64,000 nt of DNA, from contig NC_057711.1 in assembly GCF_004010195.1 (NCBI RefSeq), forward strand, positions 74,788,433 to 74,852,432, given 5' to 3'. Shown here in pieces: positions 1-10,169 of this stretch. How positions within the stretch are numbered: the first letter of the stretch is position 1; each line of letters starts with the position of its first letter. Source of the DNA: Chiloscyllium plagiosum (Eukaryota). The translations under genes and the position numbers were made by a program. The notes below the pieces were generated by a model. The model did no database searches. It was not told the DNA's origin and saw nothing but the letters and a program-made list of their open reading frames with translations.

Positions 1-208
1 CGAAGGGCCTGTTCTGTGCTGTATTGTTCTATGTTCTCTATGTTCAGTAGCAGTGGTGGACTCTCCCTCTTTATGGGCATTTAAACGGGCATTGGATAGG
101 CTTATGGAGGATAGTGGGCTAGTGTAGGTTAGGTGGGCTTGGATCGGCGCAACATCGAGGGCCAAAGGGCCTGTACTGCGCTGTATTCTTCTATGTTCTA
201 TGTTCTAT
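1..208 (+). mobile_element. Two tandem 3' ends of CR1/HER1-type LINE, each with a (TTCTATG)n tail
   Basis: AAGGGCCTGT..CTG.GCTGTATT..TCTATGTTCT occurs at 3-45 and again at about 165-208; typical elasmobranch CR1 3' UTR and tail. Confidence 0.75.
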
Positions 209-376
209 TGTACAATCATCAGGGAACATCCCCACTTCTGACCTTATGATTGAGGGTAGGTCGTCGATGAAGTAACTGATGATATTTGGGCCTGGGACAG
301 TATCCTGAGGAACTCCTGAAGTGCTATCTTTGAGCTGAGACAACTGACCTCCGACAACCATGACTATCTTCCTATG

Positions 377-730
377 TAAAAACAGGTAAAAACAAGGATT
401 GCAGATGCTGGAAACCAGAGTCTAGATTAGAGTGCTGCTGGAAAAGCACAGCTTTGGTTCAAACATGGACAAAGGAGCTGAATTCCAAAAGTGAGGTGAG
501 ATTGACAACCCTTGACATAAAGGCTGCATTCGAATCAGTGTGACTTCAGGGAGCCCTAGCAAAACTGGAATCAATGGGTATCGGGGTAAGCTCTTCACTG
601 GTTGGAGTCATACCTGCCACATAGGAAGATAGAGTCTAGATTAGAGTGGTGCTAGAAAAGCACAGCAGGTCAGGCAGCATCCAAGGAGCAGGAAAATTGA
701 CATTCCGAGCAAAAGCCCTTCATCAGGAAT
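377..730 (-). mobile_element. Penelope-derived terminal-repeat insertion containing an inverted copy of adjacent LINE sequence
   Basis: GGTAAAAACAAGGATTGCAGATGCTGG...GAAAAGCACAGC, then LINE RT sequence on + (450-632), then the repeat resumes to CTTCATCAGGAAT (730). Confidence 0.75.
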
Positions 731-1133
731 ACTGTGGGAAGTAACTGACCTCCTGATTACTCAAAGCATATCCATCATCTACAAGGCACAAGTCTGGAAT
801 GTGATGGAATTCTCCCAACTTGCTGGGACAGCTGCAGCTCCAAAAATACTCAAGAGGCTTAACACCATTCCTGGGTTGTCAAGGGTTGTCAATCTCACCT
901 CACATTTGGAATTCAGCTCTTTTGTCCATGTTTGAACCAAAGCTATAATGATGTCAGGATATGAGTAGTCTTGGCGGAACCCAAACTGGGCATCACTGAG
1001 GAGATGCTGCTTGATAGCACTATTGATGACACATTCCATCATTTTTCTGATGACTGAGAGTAGACTGATAGGGTGAGTATTTGCTGGCTTGGATTTGTCC
1101 TTTTTTTTTGCTTTTCGGGCCATTTACCACATT

Positions 1134-1340
1134 CAAAAATGTGGTGCTGAAAAAGCACAGCAGGTCAGGCAGCATCCGAGGAGCAGGAGAATCGATGTTT
1201 CGGGCATAAGCCCTTCATCAGGAATGAAAGCCCGAAACATCAATTCTCCTGTTCCTTGGATGCTGTGTGACCTCCTGTGCTTTTCCAGCACCAGACTCTC
1301 GACTCTGATCTCCAGCATCTGCAGTCCTCACTTTCCCCTA
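1134..1340. mobile_element. Palindromic Penelope-derived hairpin element with hammerhead motif
   Basis: Arms 1141-1205 and 1230-1294 are inverted repeats; TSD ATTT(A/T)CCACATT at 1122-1133 and 1341-1352. Confidence 0.8.
1189..1225 (-). ncRNA. Minimal type I hammerhead ribozyme motif
   Basis: Minus strand AUUC-CUGAUGA-A-GGGC UUAU GCCC-GAAA-CA-UC-GAUUC. Confidence 0.7.
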
Positions 1341-3582
1341 ATTTTCCACATTGACAAGTAGATGACAACGTTGTAACTGCACTGGCTCAGGCAGTGGCAT
1401 GTTCTGGAGCACAAGTCTTCAGCATTATTGCCAGAATGTTGTCAGGGACCATAGCATTTGCACTATCCTGTGTCTCCAAATATTTCTTGTTTCTTGGCTG
1501 AAGACTGGTATTTTTAATGCTGGGGACCATTGGAGGAGGCTGAGATGGATCATCCACTTGGCATCTGGCTGAAAATTGCTGTGAAGTCTTCAGCCTTATC
1601 TTTTGCTCTGATGCGCTGGGCTATTCCATCATTGAGGATAGGGATAGTTGTGGAGTCACTTCCTCAAGTGAGTTGCTTAATTGCCCACTATCATTCACTG
1701 TGGCAGGACTACAGAACTTAGATTTAATCTGTAAATTATGGACTCTCCTAGCTCTGTCTATTACTTGCTGTATATGTTGTTTGGCATCCAACTAGCCCTG
1801 TTTAGTAGCCTCACCAGACTGATATATCATTTTTAGGTCTGCCTGGTGCTGCACCTGGCATGCCTTCCTGCACTCTCCATTGCACAAGGGCTGATTCCTG
1901 GCTTAATGATAATGGTTGAGTAGGGAAATTTGCCAGGCAATGAGGTTTCAGATTGTGCTGGAGTACAATTCTGTTGCTGCTGTTGGCCCACAGCTCCTTA
2001 TTGATGCACAGTCTTGAGTTGCTCAATCTGCTTGAAGACTGTCTCATTTAGCATGGTGATCGTGCCACACAACACTAGAGAGATTATTCTCAATGCAAAG
2101 GAGGGACTTCGACTCTCAAAGAACTGTGCAGTGGTCACTCTTACCGATACTGTCATGGAGAGATGCTTCTGCAGCTGACAGATTTGTAAGGATGAGGTCA
2201 AGTATGTTTTTCCCTCTAGCCACAGACCCAGTCGAACAGATATATCCCTACCAGCTCGATCAGTAGTGTTTCTGATGAGCCTGTGTTGGTGCTGGGGACA
2301 TTGAAATCCCTGACATGGAGTATATTTTGCACCCTTGCCACCCTCAGTACTTTCTCCGAGTGTTCAACATGGACGAAAGCTGATATATCAGTGCAGGGAG
2401 CACAATATGTAGTAACCAGCATGAAGTTCCCTTGCCAATGTTTAACCATGAGACTTCATGGGGTCTGGGGTCAATGTTGAGGGCTCCCAGGACATCCCCC
2501 TTCCCGACTGTGCCACCAACTCTGCTGGTGAGACAGGACATATCCAGGAATGCTGATGGTAGTGTCTGGGACATTGTCTATGATGTATGATTTTGTTACT
2601 ATGATTATGTTAAGCTGCTGCTTATCTACTCTATGAGACAGCTCTTCCAATTTTGGCACTAGCCCCTAAATGTTAATAAGGAGGATTTTGCAGAGTCGAC
2701 GGGACTGTTGCTGTCATTGTCTTTCCCGGTGCCTATGTCAATGCCATATAGTGAGTCGGATTTCAATTCTTTGAAACTTTGTAGCAGTTGACATAAGTAA
2801 GTGGTTTCCTAGGCCACTTCAGAGGGCAGCTGAGTGTCAACCACATTTCTGTGGGTCTGGAGTAACATGAAGACCAGACCAGGTGAGGAGGGAGAGTTTT
2901 CTTCTCTGAAGGACATGAGTGAACCAGACCCATTTTTTCAACAATCAACAATAGTTTAATGGTCAGCAGAAGATTCTTAATTCCAGATTTTTCAAAAGTT
3001 GAATTCAAATTCTAACACCTGCTATCATGTGATTTGAGCCTGGGTACTCAGAACATGAGTTGAGCTTCTGGATTAATCATCAATGATGATACCTCCAGGC
3101 TATTGCCTCCCAACATTGTCCCCCATCTCCTGGTATACAGCAATGAAAGTACTAATTTGGAATTTAAAGGAAATCCTTTGGGGATTTTGGTTTATCATAT
3201 ACCTTTACTTCATTACTGGGTATTTCAACTAATGTGATCATACAAAACTATGTTGAAAACTTATGTTAATAAAAAACAAATTGCTGTTAGGTGTCAAAAA
3301 TTCTTGTGATGTCAACTGGCTGTGGGTTGCACAAAATATCATAGCAATCCATTCAATGGACATTTCCAATTCCAGACATTTTGATCTAGCATAATCCTAA
3401 TTGTACTCATATAAAATCATTCACAGTTTTTTCAATGATACAGTTTATCACTGGGGGAATTCAGTCTACACAAATTATGGTTGATCAAGACATTTCATTC
3501 TAATTAATTGTGTTTTTTTAATGTTTAAAATCAATTTCCTATTTCCTTTAACTGCTGCTGATGCATCATTAGAAAAGGCAGA

Positions 3583-4020
3583 AGAAGACATTTGCATATA
3601 AAAAGAATTTGTGAAGTTGCTTTAAATCCTGCCAGTCAGCACATTTTGAAGGTTACAAATCTGCCAAAGGCAAAGTGGCTTAGCAAAGTATAAAGCCTAT
3701 GTTGCTTTGCACACGATCTATGAACCAAGTCTATTTTCCCAGTAGTCATTAGTATGCTTGATTACAGACCATGGACAAAATCATTGCTCAACTCTGTAGC
3801 AGAGTTTGATTCTTCTGTCATTAAAGCAACTATTGATGGATTATAGTATTTCAGTGGCCATTGGGAAGTACTCGTTGTACTTGTGCTTAGCATGTGGAAT
3901 TGTGGGAAATTACAGAAAAGAATATCAAGAAGCAGCAATCTACGTTCAGAAGTGAATCTGAATTGGTTTGAAAACACTTGCAAAAAGACTTCTGAAGTGA
4001 ACATTGAACATTCTCAATAA
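3583..4020 (+). pseudogene. Possible highly decayed hAT-superfamily transposase fragment
   Basis: Frame reads RRHLHIKRICEVALNPASQHILKVTNLPKAKWLSKV*..KSLLNSVAEFD..WFENTCKKTSEVNIE, resembling the hAT TRWxS region; in-frame stops; motif recall only. Confidence 0.3.
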
Positions 4021-4074
4021 AACTCAATCACTCAGCACTCAATTTAAAAAAATGATACGAAAAGTGAGTGTACA

Positions 4075-4163
4075 AACAAGGATCAAGATGAGGCCACACA
4101 GCCCTTCGAGCCTGCTCCACCATTCAGTAAGGACATGGCTGATCTGATTTTAACCTCAACCCG
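4075..4163 (-). mobile_element. CR1-type LINE 3' UTR fragment
   Basis: GGCCACACAGCCCTTCGAGCCTGCTCCACCATTCAGTAAG..ATGGCTGATCTG, similar to 17180-17260 and 44236-44320. Confidence 0.6.
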
Positions 4164-5514
4164 ACAGTAAAGAATGAAACTTTGTTACTTTTTGCTTTCA
4201 GTTTATTTGCTGCCCAAGTCTTGCTTTACAAATTGCTAGCTCAACTTTTATTTTAAAATGAGAGTTTACTTTCTCTTGCTGAAGCCCAGTTAAATAATTC
4301 CGTAATTATTCATGCATGTAGAGCTTTTTTTTCACCTTGAAATTTGAGGAAATAAAATAATGTAACAATCAGACTATCGGGCATCTTTTTTATTCAATAA
4401 GTAACAAGAGCAGTTTTACTGTCAAAGATTTCTAGTAACTAACATTGTCGGGAACAAGTAAGAATAATTACAAAGTCCTTTCTGTATTGGTCAAAAGAAT
4501 CCTTATATTACAACAGCTGTTTTGTGACAATTGCCTTTAACTTATTCAATGAATGATGTCTGTAAGAGTATTGGATAATTTCCAATTCACTCTTGAAGGA
4601 AACGAGGACTGGTTTCCTCACTTGGGATACCTGCTGCTAGGTTTATTCACTAATAAGCATGATAAATGTTTTAGACTTTGATCACTGCTAATTTAACAAG
4701 TAAGCTCGACAAAAGTCTTTGAGGCACAAGGGCTCTAGCTGTGCATCTGCAAGAAAAATGATTGATTGCTTTGCAACTAAAATTTCCATAAAACTTTTAT
4801 CATGCAGCTATTTTGGTATCATGATTAAATCAGTAGTGAAAGCCATCTAACCTCTGTAGTAAGTGCCTAGGGAGGAATGTTGAGGGAAGAAAAGATGAAA
4901 AAGGCTGAATCTTAAATCAGAGCTTCATGTGCTGACATTTCAGAAGAAACTTTTATGACACATCAAAGATACTCTAAATTACATGGTAATTAATAGCCAG
5001 TATCCTATCAAACTTTAACATCATTTCCGCCTTCCTTTTCATGCTAAGTAACATATTTGTTATTGGAGCTACATTTTTCTCTTGTTATTGATAGGAATTT
5101 TAAGAAGTGACTAAAGTGCCAAGCAAAAAAACAGTAACATTTTTTTTGTCTGTTATCACTGTGAACCATGATTTTATTTACTCTGATTACGATGGGCTTA
5201 AGCATCAGATCTAAAATAGTGCTCACCCTTGGTCTTGTTAATGACCTTGCAGAGTTCTTAAAAGCAAATGCAAAAACTTTTTGTGGGAGGGTGGATGTAA
5301 AAGAAAAGCATTTCCTTAACTCATGTTCCGTTGGGTCTTAATGATATAAAGGAAGGATAAGATTTTCATGTATTTACTCGGAATTGTGAACAGTATGTTT
5401 TCAGGCAATTTTCACGTGCAAATTTTCATTTGGTACACATCTGCCTCAACAAGGAATATCTCAAGTATTAGTCACTTCTAACTATTGCTGCGTGAAATAA
5501 GCACTTGAGGCCTT

Positions 5515-6580
5515 AAAGTCAGTAGGTGAGCTTGTAGTATGGATTGAAATTCGTGGGTACAATGTTGTAGATTTCACAGAGACATGGCTACAAGTTGGTC
5601 AGGACTGGAAACTAAATATCCAAAGATACACAACCTATCAAAGGGAAAAGCAAACAAGCAGAGGAGGTGGCATTGTCTTGTTAGTAAGAAATTAAATTAA
5701 ATTGATAGCAAGAAGTGATACAGAATCAGAAGGCACACAATCTGTGTGTGTAGAGTTGAGGAACCACAATTGAGGCCTGTGTACAGGCCTCCTCGCAGTA
5801 GTCAGGATATGGGCCAGAAAATAAATCAGGAGATAGAAAAGACATGTAAGAAAGGCACTTTTATAATGGGGGACTTCAATCTGGGAACATTAGGATGGAA
5901 GTGGATCGCAAGGAAAGGAATTTGAGGAATGTCTACGAGATTTCTTTTGGAACAGCTTATGGTAAGGCGGTCTAGGGAACAAGCAATTCTGGATTTGATG
6001 ATTTGTAATGAGGCAAACGTTATTAGGGAGCTTGAGATGAAGGAACCCCTCGGAAGCAATGTCCATAATATGATAGAAATCACCCTGCAGTTTGAGAGGG
6101 AGAAGTTGGAATCAGAATGTAATGCTATTACAATTGAATAAAGATAACTACAAAGACATGAGGGAGGAGCTGGACAGAGTTGATTGGAAAGGATCCCAGC
6201 AGGGAAGACAGTGGAGCAGCAATGGCAGGTATTTCTGGGGCTAATTCAGGAGGCACAGCAGAAATTCATCCCAAGGAAGAAGAAAAATACTTAAGGGGAG
6301 GATGAAACAACCATGGCTGACAAGGGAAGTGTACAATGTTGTGAAGATTAGTAGGAAGCCAGAAGATTAGGAAGCCCTTAAAAGCCAGCAGAGGGTAACT
6401 AAAAAAGCAATAAAGGGGGCAAAATCTGATGGTATGACAGCTAGTGATATGTAAGAAGATTGCATGAGCTTTTTAGTTATATAAAAGGTAAATGAGAGAC
6501 AAGATTGGACATTGGACTGCTGGAAATAGTAATGAGGAACAAAGAAATGGCAGAAGAACTGAATAGGGATTCTGCATCTC
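5515..6580 (+). mobile_element. CR1 LINE ORF2 fragment (endonuclease and linker), decayed
   Basis: VGELVVWIEIRGYNVVDFTETWLQ..LNIQRY; IMGDFN; FLLEQLMVRRSREQAILDLMICNE..PLGSNVHNMIE. Confidence 0.85.
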
Positions 6581-7417
6581 TTTTAGCATCAGCCATATCT
6601 TCTACTCCAAGCAGAGTACTGCTTCACAAGCACAATCATTTGGGTGAATGGAAGTTTTGCTCCATCTCTGCAACAGAAAATTCTGCCAGTGACTTTCTAG
6701 CTGGGCTGGTCAAGAGGAATTTTAGCTTAGCAATTTGATGTGATATATATAGGACTACACAATAACATGGAACTGGCAGAGACATGGAGAACCCACTCAT
6801 GCATTTGTGTATCTGCCTATAAATCACTGGATATGAAAAAAGACCCTTTATTTTCCTAGAGAATATGATTGTTGTTGATCCCTTACTCATGGATATCCAA
6901 GAAGGATACCTGCTTCTTACTGTTGCATTCTACTGTTCCAATTTTGTGTTGTAAATAAACAAGTTACTGATTAACACTATCTATCTCTTTTATCTTCTCC
7001 AAAATTCTATGTGTGAAAACAGGGTCTTTTCCGCTTTTTTTCCTGAGGTAGTCAATTACACTGACCTCCTCATTTCTTATCTTTGTCTTCTGCTTTTTCT
7101 TTAACAATGCCTTGTATTTCCCATTGCATTTACTCAAGCACAGAAGAATTAAATTTTACATGATACCAGTATCTAACTTATCGCTTTTTTATATGCTGTG
7201 ATGGTGCTGACTGATGTTGGTTATTAAAAACCATTTGATTATCTATTCAAGGTATGATTTCCCATGATGAGAATTATAAAATGCCTGTGCCTGGACACTT
7301 CAGTACAGCATATAATCTATCCTACTTGTGTATGTACCCTCTTTTTCAACCTCATCAGCTTCAGAGCTTATAAGAAACACCAGTTATAATAATGCATCAA
7401 GTCTTCTTTAATAAATA

Positions 7418-7516
7418 AAAACAAAATCTGCTGGTGAAACTCAGCAAGTCTGGAAGTATCTGTGGAGAGAGAAACTATGTTCACATTTAAAGTTCTGATG
7501 ACTCTTCTTTGGAGTC
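7418..7516 (-). mobile_element. Old Penelope-derived terminal-repeat half
   Basis: AAACAAAATCTGCTGGTGAAACTCAGCAAGTCTGG..GGAGAGAGAAAC, same family as 52345-52548 and 30274-30410. Confidence 0.6.
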
Positions 7517-8008
7517 TTCTTTCATAACCTATTGATATTTAGTCTGAGAAGTCACCACTGTACTATGACCATCGTTTTTGGCCTATGTTCAATTTTTGCT
7601 TATAAAGGTATGAAAGTATGAGCAGTATAGTGGATGAACTGACAGATTTTGTAATTCATTAACCTCTCAGTCATTCCCAGCCACTCAAGTGCAAATCCAT
7701 GTTTTCTGCTCTAATTCTATGGCAGAAGTCACAGATTTGAATCAGAAGATTGTGGGTTCAAGCCCCACACCAGAGATCTGGGCAAAATATTGAGTGACTG
7801 TAACATTGTTGGAGGTGTTATCTTTCTATTTGGTGTCATTGTCTCTGCTTTCACAGGTTAATATGAAATATCTGATTGTTCTTTTTTGAAGAAGATATGG
7901 TTATTCAATAAATCAAATTATTCAATAATTTTTCTCTATTTTTGGAGATTTTGTTCTGAATAAATTACTTACATTATAGCACTCATTGTAAAAAGAACCT
8001 CATTTGCT

Positions 8009-8745
8009 GGTTATGGAGCAGACCAAACCCCCTGCAAGTATATCAAATATATCAAGGAGATAGCCAGACCATAACCTTTATCTCATTTAAAAACAAGTGT
8101 TAGGTGTTGTGTTCCAGATGCAATTCAATAGGCCACACTACTTGGTATTGAGCAAAATACACTTTATTCTTACCTCCAGTTAAAATATAAATAAAAGAAA
8201 GAAGAATTAGGATAACCATAAATCTATTGGAAAACTTAACAAAATTACAGATTAGTTAATTACTGAACAGCAACTGTTCCAATATAATAACATCCAATAA
8301 ACACACCCTTGGCACAGGCAAAGCCAGTAAAATAGATTGTCTCACATGGGATTCTGGCAGCCAAGATTTTAGCTTTAAGAGAGAAAAAGGTGTAGCAGTT
8401 TCCACAACCAGCTTTGAATTCCCAGCAACTGCTGAAAGCTAAACTAAATCCCTCATTCTATGGAAGCTTGATTCCACCCAGCCAGGCTGCTTCTATTGTT
8501 CCAGCTTTATATTAAAAAAAACAAGACCTCACAAGTGGTTTACTCTATTGGCTTTGACCAGACAGTTTTTCACCTCTGTTTCAAAACCCTCTCTTCAAAA
8601 ATAAACACAAGACAGAATAAACCTCTGAAAATCACAGCCGAGAGTGTGGTACTAGAACAGCACAGCAAATCTGGCAGCTTCTAAGGAGCAGAAGAATCGA
8701 TGTTTCAGGCATAGACCCTTCATCAGAAATCACAATAGTGTCACA
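8009..8745 (-). mobile_element. Solo LTR
   Basis: Ends (G)GTTATGGA...GTGTCACA match the reverse complement of the ends of 24927-25539; TTTATT at about 8163 (AATAAA on minus); flanks TGCT/TTCT. Confidence 0.65.
8637..8730 (-). mobile_element. Penelope-derived solo repeat with hammerhead motif, inside the LTR
   Basis: Minus AUUU-CUGAUGA-A-GGGU CUAU GCCU-GAAA-CA-UC-GAUU (8694-8730); TSD AAATCACA at 8629-8636 and 8727-8734. Confidence 0.7.
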
Positions 8746-8944
8746 TTCTGAAAACACTCGGAATATCTTGAAGATGTGCTATGAATTAAAGTTCTTCTTT
8801 ATCAAATATTCCCACTATCTGCACATATATTGATGGTGAATTTGCATATTAACAGTGAATCTCACAAAAATCTTTTAAAAACATCCAGAAAAAACCTAGA
8901 AAATTAAAGACCAGAAGGAGATTGCTTATATCCATGTAAGCAAT

Positions 8945-9112
8945 TAACCTTAGTTTAACATGTCAGCCTAATGGCTGCACTTCTAAACATAAACTACACC
9001 TACTATTTGCATTGGAGAAATATCCTAGATTTTGTACTTGACTCATGCATTGGAGCTCAAATCTATAAACTTCATAATGAAGAAGAAAGAGTGCTATCAC
9101 TAAAGTAAGCTG
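8945..9112 (-). mobile_element. Decayed Deu-type SINE head
   Basis: AGAGTGCTATCACTAA.. and TTAGTTTAACATGTC.. resemble the reverse complement of the 7720 and 62390 copies. Confidence 0.4.
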
Positions 9113-9249
9113 CAATAACACTAATGTTGAGACAAATGGCACTTGAGGTGGACAAATACTAGTTAACTAAATTAGAGAAATAAGATAAAAGAATTGATTT
9201 AAATCTACTAATCATCCAAAATCAATTGGTGTTTTAACTATCAATGTTC

Positions 9250-9940
9250 TACCTATGATAAATTAGCAGGGATAAAGGCTAATTACTGGCCTACTATAAG
9301 GAAACAGAAAGTCAGGATCAATTGATCACTTTCAGGATGGGAAACTTTAACAGATGTTGTGCCACTGGATTAATGTAATAGCATCAACCAATAATAATTT
9401 GCTGACAATGGAAAGGTAAGGTGGTGGCTCAGTCATTAGCACTGCTGCCTCGCAACAGTGGGGACCTGCGTTTGATTCCAACCTTGGGTTGCTGTCTGTG
9501 TGGAGTTTGCACATTCTCTCTGTCTGTGTGGGTTTCCTCCCATAGTCCAAAGACATGCAGGTTAGGTGAATTGGCCATGGGAAATTGCCCATACTGTTCA
9601 GGGATGTATTGGCTAGGGGAAATGTAGGGTAGGGAATGGGTCTGGGTGGGATACTCTTCAGAGGCCCAGTGTGAACTTGTTGGGCCAAATGGCCTGTTTC
9701 CACAATGTAGGGATTCTATTCTATGATTTCTACAGTACAAAGTACCTTTGCATTAATTGGAATGCACACTGCTATCTAAACATCTGATATAAAGGTGAGG
9801 ATGCAAAAGGGTCCAGATAGTTTCAGCAAATTGGCAAATATTTGACAACTTGATGAACTATGATGTGGGAATATTTGAGGTAGGTCAATTTGGCAAGTAA
9901 TGTAGAAAGCAGCAAGCAGGAATGAAAAGCTTGTCTTATG
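9250..9940 (+). mobile_element. CR1 RT fragments flanking an HE1 SINE
   Basis: AGGAAACAGAAAGTCAGGATCAATTG, TTTGCTGACAAT (FADx), TGTGGGAATATTTGAGGT. Confidence 0.55.
9419..9732 (+). mobile_element. HE1-type V-SINE
   Basis: GGTGGCTCAGTCATTAGCAC (A box), GTTTGATTCC (B box), V-domain TGTGTGGAGTTTGCACATTCTC, CR1-like tail GGGCCAAATGGCCTGTTTCC..ATTCTA. Confidence 0.85.
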
Positions 9941-9964
9941 GTGATCGTGTAAGTCTCTGTCATT

Positions 9965-10160
9965 TTCTGTAAAAATCCATCTGGTTCACTTTTTTATGCC
10001 CTTTACAGAAGGATATCTGCTACCTAGCCTGGCCTATATGTTACTTCAAATCCATAGAAATGAAATTGTCTATCAACTTTCCTCCGGGGCAATAAAGCAT
10101 AGGCAATAAATGCTGGCCTAGCTAGAGACACCTATATCTCATAGCTGAATTAGAAAAAAA
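9965..10160 (+). mobile_element. 3' half of the LINE-A-derived bipartite SINE
   Basis: CCATCTGGTTCAC...GGCAATAAATGCTGGCCTAGC...AAAAAAA. Confidence 0.7.
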
Positions 10161-10169
10161 TTAAATCGA

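Larger units (their letters stand above)
209..3111 (-). mobile_element. Decayed APE-type non-LTR retrotransposon (LINE family A), single EN-RT ORF with tRNA-like 5' head; clade unresolved
   Basis: Minus-strand peptides: EN start PKLEELSHRVDKQQLNIIIVTKSY (2471-2659); RT PISLLSVIRKMMECVINS..QFGFRQ (779-1123); GVPQDTVPGP..FIDDLPSIIRSEVGMFPDDCT (about 210-377). Many stops and frameshifts. Confidence 0.85.
7720..8800 (+). mobile_element. SacSINE1/Deu-type tRNA SINE, split by an LTR insertion
   Basis: GAATCAGAAGATTGTGGGTTCAAGCCCCAC (B box) and TTGAAGAAGA body; the tail resumes after 8745 (..GCTATGAATTAAAGTTCTTCTTT). Confidence 0.6.

Noticed and set aside
1134..1340. CRISPR array or DNA-transposon MITE reading of the recurring palindromes
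   Set aside because: Dispersed rather than regularly spaced, eukaryotic context, variable TSD length, and homologous to the Penelope 3' end.
9419..9490. tRNA genes at SINE heads (also 42293, 56367, 31692)
   Set aside because: A/B boxes continue into SINE bodies; no complete cloverleaf.
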